A program made the translations under genes and the position numbers. Below the pieces are notes generated by a model. That model saw only the letters and a program-made list of their open reading frames with translations. It had not been told where the DNA came from and did not search any database. A stretch of 64,000 bases of DNA from an uncultured Gammaproteobacteria bacterium (lineage in GTDB: Bacteria > Patescibacteriota > Microgenomatia > JALYQM01): positions 1,186 through 65,185 of the forward strand of contig CAZHTP010000003.1 in the NCBI GenBank assembly GCA_964535655.1, in the 5' to 3' direction. Shown piece by piece: positions 56,300 to 64,000 of the stretch. Positions within the stretch are counted from its first letter, which is position 1; every line of letters begins with the position of its first letter.

Positions 56300-57898
56300 C
56301 TATAAAGATAATGATAAATTTGTTCCTGTTTCGAATAGATCAGGGTCTGTACCTCCGTCATTGGCTGCCCAATGTTTGTTTGAAGGGTCTTCGATATATG
56401 TGGCTAGTTTGTATGTTGTCCCGTTTGATCTAAAAATGTAACGCGCTGATACTTTTTTACCAGATAGCGTAATCATCTGCTCATCGTTAGAAGGATCAAT
56501 TGGTTGTGATGCAATATACTCATGTAGATCTGCGGGAATCCATGAAACATCGCCATTGTATTTTGTAGAATCATACCCCATTGATGAACACTTTTTCTGA
56601 TCTGATGTGGGAGTACAAACTGGAAGTTTAAAAGAAGTATTCATAACCTGGGATGCATCGATTGCATTTCGAAGTGCTGTCAAATCGGAGAGTCGTTTAG
56701 AATCTCTGGCCTTTGCGTATAGTGAGCTCGTTCCTGCAAGCCCGCTTTCAAGAACCTGACTACGTAGATCGTCAATACTTTTTGCATCGGTTGGTTCGGT
56801 TATATTTATAGGTTTATTGTAGTCTTTGAACTCCACTTCTGTATTTAACTGAACTGAAGTCTTTTGCTGATCACTACTCATCGTTAATGCCAGTTTCAAT
56901 TTATAAGGTAACGTATCTGCTTTACCGACCCAAATTTCTCCATTAATACTTTTTACATAATCAAAGTAATCGGTTTCGCTTTCGTTAATTTTCGAGTCAG
57001 TCAACATTGCAAAAAACTCGAGATAAAATTCTTTTAACTTTTTTTTATCTATAGAGAACGAATAATGTTTGGTCTCCACTGAGTTAACAGTTTCCGTTGA
57101 GACCGTTTTGTCAAACACAATGAATTTATGTTTTGCATAGGTTTGTTTTATTTTCTCTTTATTTTCTTTTATTTTTGTTATTTCTGCTGAATCAGTAGCC
57201 ATTGCAAACTCGCTCCCGAACGGATAAACCGATCTTGCGGCACTTGAGTCTAATTTAATCCACTGATTTTGGAGAACACCAAGACCATTCATTTCAGGTA
57301 AATCGGGAATTTTATTTACTTTCAGATACAGCGATTTGTTTATCGCCCGCATTTCTAGGCCAGCATTAACCTCGGCATCATTGGCTGGCTTATAGTGTAA
57401 CGAAATGGTAGCGGCGCTTTTTTGATTTTCTTTTAACGTTTTATCCCACTGGCCATCAATACCGATGCTCATGTCGTAGACTGAGTTTGCACCAAGTGCT
57501 GTTTCAACCTGTTGGAGTGGTTTTAAAAATGAAACGGTGTCTGTTGAAGGATCGTTCGCAGTAACAGTTGCTGACAAGGATCCTTTATATGAATATGATT
57601 TAACCATTTCTAGATTATTTTCCATTCGATTTAGCATGTTTTCAGGGGTATTGAAAATATAGATGTAGGCGAGGAAACTTCCTGCACCGATAATGCAGAA
57701 AATGCATATTGAAAGTAGGAGTAATGAATTCATTCCCGATTTTTTTGGCATGAGTGCAAGTTCTGTTTTTAATTCCTGGAGTGATTCATCAATTATCTGT
57801 TCTGGCCACCCTCCGCTGAGCATAGCTTGCTTTATTTCTTCCGAACTTTTCTTTTTATTGAGTTCCTGAAGAAGGTACTTGCGTAGATCTGGTGTCAT
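56300..57898 (-). CDS. Membrane-anchored protein with LolA/LppX-like region and C-terminal pilin-like domain
   Basis: EEIKQAMLSGGW N-terminus, TM, EIWVGK..LPYKL, KARDSKRLSDL pilin-like helix. Confidence 0.6.
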   Translation of the reverse strand: MTPDLRKYLLQELNKKKSSEEIKQAMLSGGWPEQIIDESLQELKTELALMPKKSGMNSLLLLSICIFCIIGAGSFLAYIYIFNTPENMLNRMENNLEMVKSYSYKGSLSATVTANDPSTDTVSFLKPLQQVETALGANSVYDMSIGIDGQWDKTLKENQKSAATISLHYKPANDAEVNAGLEMRAINKSLYLKVNKIPDLPEMNGLGVLQNQWIKLDSSAARSVYPFGSEFAMATDSAEITKIKENKEKIKQTYAKHKFIVFDKTVSTETVNSVETKHYSFSIDKKKLKEFYLEFFAMLTDSKINESETDYFDYVKSINGEIWVGKADTLPYKLKLALTMSSDQQKTSVQLNTEVEFKDYNKPINITEPTDAKSIDDLRSQVLESGLAGTSSLYAKARDSKRLSDLTALRNAIDASQVMNTSFKLPVCTPTSDQKKCSSMGYDSTKYNGDVSWIPADLHEYIASQPIDPSNDEQMITLSGKKVSARYIFRSNGTTYKLATYIEDPSNKHWAANDGGTDPDLFETGTNLSLSL

Positions 57899-58007
57899 GA
57901 ATTTTATTGTATAGAAGTAATTATTAAAAGTATACTTACTCTTTAACCGGAATACATTATCCCGTTGGTAAGGAGGAGTTGGATTTCTATTTGCAACGAA
58001 TTCAGTA

Positions 58008-58760
58008 CTAATGGGCGCAGAGATAATTATGATCAAAATTATCTACTGTATATTGCACCATCACTACCTTTCCACCAGTAAACGCGTATGCATCCTGACA
58101 ACGTAGTGATGCGGTGTCTTTGTTTTTTGCTCCTGCTGCCCAAACAGGTACATTAGGCTTAAAATCTCCGGCAATTGTTTTCCACTGAAAATTGGTAGAG
58201 TATATCCCCACTTGTTGATTTTGCTTATGAAGGAAATCTAAGGCTCCCTCTATTACTAATTTATTTAATTCCTTATCTTCCGACCAGGTGTTCATGATTT
58301 CTATATCCAACCACCACATGCTTGGTTTAGTTTTTATCTCTTCTACATTGTCGTAGGCAAAAACTGCAGCCTGATATCCATGGTTGTATGCTAAACAGGA
58401 TTCATTCGATTCATCGCACGGCCATGGCCCATTAAAAGCATATTGACGATTTTTCTCACTGATATAGCTCAAATTCATATACACAGCTGGTTTTGCATAG
58501 TTTTTTACCCCCCACTGATATTGATGAGCGAAGCATGGGTTGTCTGTAAAAGGTTTTCCCCCATTTATTCCAATTACGGCAAAGGCCGGGTTTTCGGGAT
58601 ACTCTTTATTACACTGTGGATACGAGATATCAAAACCGGTGATATTATTATGATATGCACTAGATGCGTAAATAACGTGATTAAAAATCATTGGTATGAA
58701 GAGTAGTGAGATTATAAGTGAGTTGATTAGTTTTTCGGTAATACGGATAACTGTGAACAC
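58008..58760 (-). CDS. Secreted GH25-like glycoside hydrolase
   Basis: GFDISYPQC, WWLDIE, VGIYST, FDHNYLC. Confidence 0.65.
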   Translation of the reverse strand: MFTVIRITEKLINSLIISLLFIPMIFNHVIYASSAYHNNITGFDISYPQCNKEYPENPAFAVIGINGGKPFTDNPCFAHQYQWGVKNYAKPAVYMNLSYISEKNRQYAFNGPWPCDESNESCLAYNHGYQAAVFAYDNVEEIKTKPSMWWLDIEIMNTWSEDKELNKLVIEGALDFLHKQNQQVGIYSTNFQWKTIAGDFKPNVPVWAAGAKNKDTASLRCQDAYAFTGGKVVMVQYTVDNFDHNYLCAH

Positions 58761-58838
58761 GTGAGTGATTATTGAACATTATACGGCATAAGTCAATTGC
58801 AAATTGTCACCGCGCATAAATATGCTAAAATAATTTTT

Positions 58839-59245
58839 ATGCAGACTACAGAATCCCTTTATATCGCCTCTTAGATGGCATGTTCCTGCGCGGGGTGGGG
58901 AATGTCGGCGCTTCAGTGTATGGAGTAGATGTCAATGAAGCCATTATCTCATCTCAGCATGATCCTCGATTACAAGTAATGTCGGGAACGGCCCTACAAT
59001 TTCCGGATTCAAGCTTTGATACTGTTTATAGTTTTGAACTTATTGAACATATTCCTGAAATAAAAGCCTATTTTAGCGAAGTTTCGCGGGTGTTAAAAAA
59101 TCATGGAAAACTGATTGTTTCATTTCCTTAGCTTTCTCCAGAAAAAATAAAAGGATTTCTTGAAGGAACTGCTCTTCACATTGAGTCAAGTCGCGTGCTT
59201 TTTGCGCCTTTTCCTACGTATCTGATGATTCTCACTAAGCAATAA
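58839..59245 (+). pseudogene. Degraded class I methyltransferase
   Basis: GVDVN, LQFPDSSFDTVYSFELIEHI, RVLKNHG present but motif I disrupted and an in-frame TAG at 59129-59131. Confidence 0.6.
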
Positions 59246-60338
59246 ATTCGACTGCGTGTTCGATTTGGCTAATTAAATCTGATATTCCCTCTCTATTCTG
59301 AACTGAAATAAAGACGGGATGATATTCATTATATATATGTTGAAGTTCGCTTTTGTCTTTAGTCATGACTCCGTCAATTTTATTAAAAACATAGATTTTC
59401 TTTTTATCGCTAACTCCCAGTTCATTTAAAATAGATTCAACCGCATGAATTTTTTCTTCTAGTTTCTCGTCGGTGCTATCGATTACATGCAACAGGACAT
59501 TAGCATTTACTGATTCCATTAGTGTCGATTTGAAAGCATCAATTAACTGTGGAGGTAAGTTCTGAATAAAACCAATGGTGTCGGATATGAGAATTTGTGA
59601 CTGAAGTCCTGGGAGATATACCTGCCCTACCGCACTGTCCAGAGTCGCAAAGAGTGCGTTTTCCACTAATTTCTGTTTTTTGGTGAGTAAATTAAATAAT
59701 GATGTTTTCCCTGCGTTGGTGTACCCGACAATTGAAGCTGTTTTTAAACCAATTTCCTTACGTCTCTCGAGTTGTTTCTCTCGTTCAGCATTTAATTTTT
59801 TGAGTTTATCCTCTGTTTGCTTTATTTCGCGTTGCCAATGACGTTTCATTAATTCCGTATTTGTTTCACCTATACCTCGCGTGCCGATTCCACCACCCTG
59901 CCTGGAAAGCACTGATCCTAAGCCGAACATGCGTGGACCCATATGCCGCATGTGAGCTAAGTCTATTTGTAATTTGGCTTCTGCCGTATTCGCATGTTTT
60001 GAAAAAATATTTAAGATCAAGTCGACACGATCCCATACTGCGACATCTTCGCGCGTTTCTGTAATGAGTCTTTGCAAATTATATTTTTGGGTAGGCTTAA
60101 CAACCGCATTTAGTACAATTGCGTTAATTTTCTCGGACTTTATGAGATCTTTAATTTCATCTGCTTTTCCTTTGCCTACAAATGTATCATGATCAGGCTC
60201 GTCTCTGCGCTGTAACACCTTCACTATTGTGGCCCCACCAAACGTTGTAACAAGAGACATTACTTCTTCTAAGCCTTTTTCCGTCTGCTCTTTATCCATT
60301 TTCGACGGAACTAAATTAACTAAAATAAATCTTTCCAT
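59235..60338 (-). CDS. hflX: GTPase HflX
   Basis: GIGTRGIGET, VGYTNAGKTSL, LFATLD, DTIGFI, NKID. Confidence 0.95.
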   Translation of the reverse strand: MERFILVNLVPSKMDKEQTEKGLEEVMSLVTTFGGATIVKVLQRRDEPDHDTFVGKGKADEIKDLIKSEKINAIVLNAVVKPTQKYNLQRLITETREDVAVWDRVDLILNIFSKHANTAEAKLQIDLAHMRHMGPRMFGLGSVLSRQGGGIGTRGIGETNTELMKRHWQREIKQTEDKLKKLNAEREKQLERRKEIGLKTASIVGYTNAGKTSLFNLLTKKQKLVENALFATLDSAVGQVYLPGLQSQILISDTIGFIQNLPPQLIDAFKSTLMESVNANVLLHVIDSTDEKLEEKIHAVESILNELGVSDKKKIYVFNKIDGVMTKDKSELQHIYNEYHPVFISVQNREGISDLISQIEHAVEFIA

Positions 60339-60398
60339 TATCCTATTATACCGTAAAAGATATCACCTTTTTGCTTGTAGCCTAGGAATTGGAATATA

Positions 60399-61808
60399 TC
60401 ACTTTTTGACATACAGATAGATGTATTTATTTCCTGTAAAGACATTATTATACTTAGGATCTTTTTCTAGTTTACCCATAACATCAATTACAACTTGCTT
60501 ATCGGTTCCATAAAAATTATTAATATTTTGGCTTTCGGAGAGGTCGAGAACTACTACTTTGGGAGATTTCCCTTCATAATTCATAGTAGTTAAGAAAGCT
60601 TCATCAGTTCTATTTACCAAATACGGCAAAATATTATTTTGTGCCATCACACTCCCGGATTTAGGAACGACACGAAGCGCATTGAATAAGGAAGATCTTG
60701 GGTTCAATTCATGCCAGAAGGTTTTGTTTACTGCGAGATTTATTGGCGATCCGGTAATTTTCCTTGCTACATAGAATGAGATGAGCAGTACATACAAAGA
60801 AAAGGCATATTCTGGAAAAGCATTGTTTTTAGTCCATTTTTGGATATTTTTTATTCCATATGTTGTGGCAAGGGCTAAATATACTCCCAACAAAACATTA
60901 TAATGTTGCCCTAGGCTTATATTATTAAAAATTGTGGTGTTAGGTACTAAGCGTTGCGCCAGTTCAGTGATTATGGGGATTAGCCCAACCCCTGAAATTA
61001 GCGGAAGATAGCCAAAAGAAAGCAGAGAGTTGTTCATTAACCGTATCTTTGATTCTGAATTTACAAAATTTTGAGCAATTTTAAGTGGTGAATAGGGAAT
61101 ATTAGGCGAATAGATATAGGATTGATGGGCGAAATATGGAATGGCGATTTTCACCGCGAAGAGAAAATACAGGATAGAAAAAGCAAACATGACAGCAATT
61201 GATCTGCGTTTTTCCTGAAGTATTGTGAAAGCAAAAATAAACAACGCAAGGATACTCATTGCATTACTTTCTTTTAGAGAAAGAAATAGCACTAGAGCTA
61301 CAAATGTGGTTTTTTCCCTATTCGTAAAAGCAAGAAAGTAATAAAAAAGTAGCACAAGAAATGCCGCAGTTAGTTCGGGATGCCAATCGGTAACTAACGG
61401 GTTTTCTGTTCCAGCAAAAAGCATGTAGACTATCGCTCCGATAAGGCAGGTACTATAGCGAAGTCCTAATTTCTGAGCAATTTTATAGAGAAGAAATCCT
61501 GACGCCACTAATGCAGCCGCTTGCTCAATCAGTAGTATGCGTAAATCTGAAGTTATCCAGAAAAGAGGAGCAAGCAATGCTAATCCAGGGTTGAAATGAT
61601 CCCCTAGGAAAACGATTTTACCTAATACCAAGTGATTTATAACCGGTATTTGAAAGCGTGATAGTTGCCAAATGATATGAGCAAATATACCGAAGTCATA
61701 ATAAAACACTTGTCCAATGTTATATCTGTAAACTCCTATCGCGCTAAATGCGACTAAAAACGAGGCAAAAAAAAGTATCGTAATTGCATTTCGAAATTTA
61801 GTCTGCAT
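60399..61808 (-). CDS. DUF2079-family membrane protein
   Basis: YDFGIFAH, FLGDHFNP, TDWHPE; paralogue of 65-1504. Confidence 0.75.
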   Translation of the reverse strand: MQTKFRNAITILFFASFLVAFSAIGVYRYNIGQVFYYDFGIFAHIIWQLSRFQIPVINHLVLGKIVFLGDHFNPGLALLAPLFWITSDLRILLIEQAAALVASGFLLYKIAQKLGLRYSTCLIGAIVYMLFAGTENPLVTDWHPELTAAFLVLLFYYFLAFTNREKTTFVALVLFLSLKESNAMSILALFIFAFTILQEKRRSIAVMFAFSILYFLFAVKIAIPYFAHQSYIYSPNIPYSPLKIAQNFVNSESKIRLMNNSLLSFGYLPLISGVGLIPIITELAQRLVPNTTIFNNISLGQHYNVLLGVYLALATTYGIKNIQKWTKNNAFPEYAFSLYVLLISFYVARKITGSPINLAVNKTFWHELNPRSSLFNALRVVPKSGSVMAQNNILPYLVNRTDEAFLTTMNYEGKSPKVVVLDLSESQNINNFYGTDKQVVIDVMGKLEKDPKYNNVFTGNKYIYLYVKK

Positions 61809-61844
61809 TTTCTTAATTATACCTTTTTTGTATACTAAAGGCAG

Positions 61845-62864
61845 ATGAAGAACCCGATTATTATTATCTTACTTGTTTTATTGGGATTTACCTGCACTTT
61901 CTTTACCGGATTTTATGTGCATGCAATGCTACAGACCGAACGGCATACGCCAAACAGGATTCCTACTCCTTCAGCTCCTGAAGCAACCGGCAGCGCGGGT
62001 ATTTCAACTCAGTTTTTGCCCGATACTTTTTATTTTGACGATACCGCTATCTTCGTAACTAAGAACGAACCCCATTATTCTGTTGCAGCTACAGTTAACC
62101 GATCACAGGTTACTAGCGGATACTCCCAATCAACCCGAATAAGTTATTTTGATGGGAATAATTGGATACGAAAAACAGCAAATAACGCAACCCGGGATTC
62201 TAGGATGGTGAAGAATTCTCTTCTCAAAAAATGGGATATTGTTACTGACCCTTCGCGAGTACTCAAAGAATCTATTACCGGCTCTTTTATGCTTGATGGC
62301 ACAGCTATAGATTTTGAAACAGGCTCGATTACCAACGAGATCGGAATGAGAAGCTTACCTGGCTATACAAAATTTATGTCACGCGGTACTGGATTTCTTA
62401 GCCTTAATGGCAAAAAATATGCCGCACATGTGTTGTATACTCGAATATACTCTCTTAATGCTCATGACATTCAGTTTTATGATACTCCCCTTGGACTTAC
62501 AACTGATTGGGTAGCATTTTGGGGTACTGACGGTAATTTTTATCATATAGATAAAACTAGTGTTGGTAAACCTACTGAGAAATATCAAACACATGAAATT
62601 GCAGTCCTTGAGGATCCTCAAGGACGTGTCGCAAAGACGTTTACCATTGATTCCGCGTATGATGTTCCTACTTCACCTCAATTGTTTTCTTATAATTTGC
62701 ATGACCCATTGAATGTGCAACTTTCATTACAAATGAAAAATCAATTCAATAAGTACCCCAGTACGCCTTATACCTGGTTTATGGGTCAAATAACAGGAAG
62801 CGTGACAAAATCTGACGGGTCGAAGTCAACCGGGTTTGGCTTGGTTGAATATATACACGACTAA
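61845..62864 (+). CDS. Hypothetical membrane-anchored protein
   Basis: 339-aa ORF with N-terminal TM and beta-rich body. Confidence 0.65.
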   Translation: MKNPIIIILLVLLGFTCTFFTGFYVHAMLQTERHTPNRIPTPSAPEATGSAGISTQFLPDTFYFDDTAIFVTKNEPHYSVAATVNRSQVTSGYSQSTRISYFDGNNWIRKTANNATRDSRMVKNSLLKKWDIVTDPSRVLKESITGSFMLDGTAIDFETGSITNEIGMRSLPGYTKFMSRGTGFLSLNGKKYAAHVLYTRIYSLNAHDIQFYDTPLGLTTDWVAFWGTDGNFYHIDKTSVGKPTEKYQTHEIAVLEDPQGRVAKTFTIDSAYDVPTSPQLFSYNLHDPLNVQLSLQMKNQFNKYPSTPYTWFMGQITGSVTKSDGSKSTGFGLVEYIHD

Positions 62865-62890
62865 TATGTAAGAGGCGTTGATTCTTTCAT

Positions 62891-63187
62891 TTAAAAAAGT
62901 GGACGGGCTGGATTTTCAATTTTTAATATAACTGTGACTAGTACTGCGATTATTATTAAGCTACCTAAAATAACCACTATTGTTCGCTTTAAAGATTTTT
63001 TAGTTAAGCTACTCCAAAGAGCACCAATTGATACTGCTGGTATTGAGAGCCCACCTATAAGTGCAGCAACAATCTTTGCAATGGGAATTAAAATTAAGGC
63101 TGGAAGAAAAATCACCGCGTGAGCATGCCTGGGGAATAGGAAGAATAAACTTATAATTGCAATTGATAATAGTAGTTTATTCTTCAT
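62891..63187 (-). CDS. Small hypothetical membrane protein
   Basis: Signal-like N-terminus (AHA) and further hydrophobic helices; start set at ATG 63187. Confidence 0.6.
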   Translation of the reverse strand: MKNKLLLSIAIISLFFLFPRHAHAVIFLPALILIPIAKIVAALIGGLSIPAVSIGALWSSLTKKSLKRTIVVILGSLIIIAVLVTVILKIENPARPLF

Positions 63188-63204
63188 ATCGGTATTATAG
63201 TAGC

Positions 63205-64000
63205 ATGAAACCACAAAATCCAGCTTCACCAACAGATCAATTTTATAGCGGTGGATTAGCGGAAACCGTTTCAAAACCAACTCGCCTTACCTATTCATTT
63301 CTTGCTCACTGGTTCTGTGGTAAACGTAGCCTTGGAATTGCAATGCGAAAACTCGGGTTACCTTGTGAAGAAACTGCCGAACCACTTGTTGTAATGCATG
63401 AAGGGGACCTTTTGGTGGATTTAAAAGCTGAAGAGAAAACGCTTTATTCACAAACTGTTTTTAGGTATAAAAAACAAGAACAATTTCATGCACTTCCTGT
63501 TCTTCAAATCGCTTATGAACGACTATTCTCGCCACGCTGTTTACTTAATACTATTAAAATAGTTTTGTACCAATCGCAATTAATCTCTGATCCTCAGAAA
63601 TATATCGCACTTTCTAAAGGGTATATTGCCCACATGCCAAGTAATTTGCATAGCACTTCTCTTCGCGATATTGATCGCGTGCTAACTGAGGAAATATGGC
63701 CGGCAGTTATTGGAATTGGTGCTCTTTGTGAATTTTATTCGCGGCTCCTTGAACAAGCCGTTCCTAATCAACGTGAATATGCCGCCATTCTTTCGTATAT
63801 AGGATCGCGTGTTTGTGTTAATGATTGGTTCTTTACTTCATTGTCTCATCAAGCTAAAGTACGCTTGGGTAAGATGTCTTTTGAAGAATATCTCGAACAT
63901 TACGGAATTCGAGCACGGAAAGATTATGAGATAAGTTGCCCTCGTTGGTATGAAGAACGGGAACACATTTATTCACAAATCAAAGATACTAACAGTAAAG
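63205..64000 (+). CDS. Partial ORF running off the window, PEP-utilizing enzyme / rifampin phosphotransferase-like
   Basis: Open frame from ATG 63205 to the window end; FEEYLEHYGIRA..DYEISCPRWYE motif. Confidence 0.55.
   Translation, partial: MKPQNPASPTDQFYSGGLAETVSKPTRLTYSFLAHWFCGKRSLGIAMRKLGLPCEETAEPLVVMHEGDLLVDLKAEEKTLYSQTVFRYKKQEQFHALPVLQIAYERLFSPRCLLNTIKIVLYQSQLISDPQKYIALSKGYIAHMPSNLHSTSLRDIDRVLTEEIWPAVIGIGALCEFYSRLLEQAVPNQREYAAILSYIGSRVCVNDWFFTSLSHQAKVRLGKMSFEEYLEHYGIRARKDYEISCPRWYEEREHIYSQIKDTNSK

Noticed and set aside
63213-63230. RNase P RNA-like 3' motif (ACAAAATCCAGCTT)
   Set aside because: Lies inside a long open frame from 63205 and lacks the GAGGAAAGTCC partner
1-64000. CRISPR array or cas genes
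   Set aside because: No regularly spaced short repeats or Cas motifs seen; island repeats are kilobases apart
1-64000. Alternative genetic code (UGA recoding)
   Set aside because: Conserved genes are full length under code 11 and several end in TGA

Overview
AT-rich, densely coded bacterial chromosomal window. Gene content and style (DUF2079 membrane proteins, short ProRS, pilin-like and DNRLRE surface proteins, many apparently leaderless starts) suggest a Patescibacteria/CPR, Microgenomates-like organism; this is inference. 1-13.9 kb: metabolic/stress genes (pyrD, tdh-kbl, a Crp/Fnr regulator with matching TGTGA-N6-TCACA boxes, Acg nitroreductase, SDR, trehalase). 14.1-37.3 kb: an integrase-less accessory island starting at tRNA-His(GTG), divided into modules by a 154-bp direct repeat and two pairs of degenerate att-like sites. 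It carries an IetAS-type AAA+/S8 protease pair; a ~7-kb candidate biosynthetic cluster (two PrnB-family heme enzymes, an RFAP-synthase-like GHMP protein, a methyltransferase, a P-loop kinase, two Ham1 paralogues with altered motifs, a GreA-like factor and an NDT-RHH regulator with a candidate operator), which is the strongest candidate for an undescribed system; a Nudix/PPase module; a radical SAM/phosphotransferase/ProRS module; and a CheR-like methyltransferase followed by an unannotated acidic peptide. 37.3-64 kb: carotenoid cluster (TspO, TetR, crtI, crtB, UbiA-type elongase, GT2), transporters, msrB, Zur-ZnuABC, PPIase, hflX and several frameshifted genes. All calls come from motif recognition by eye; no database searches were run.
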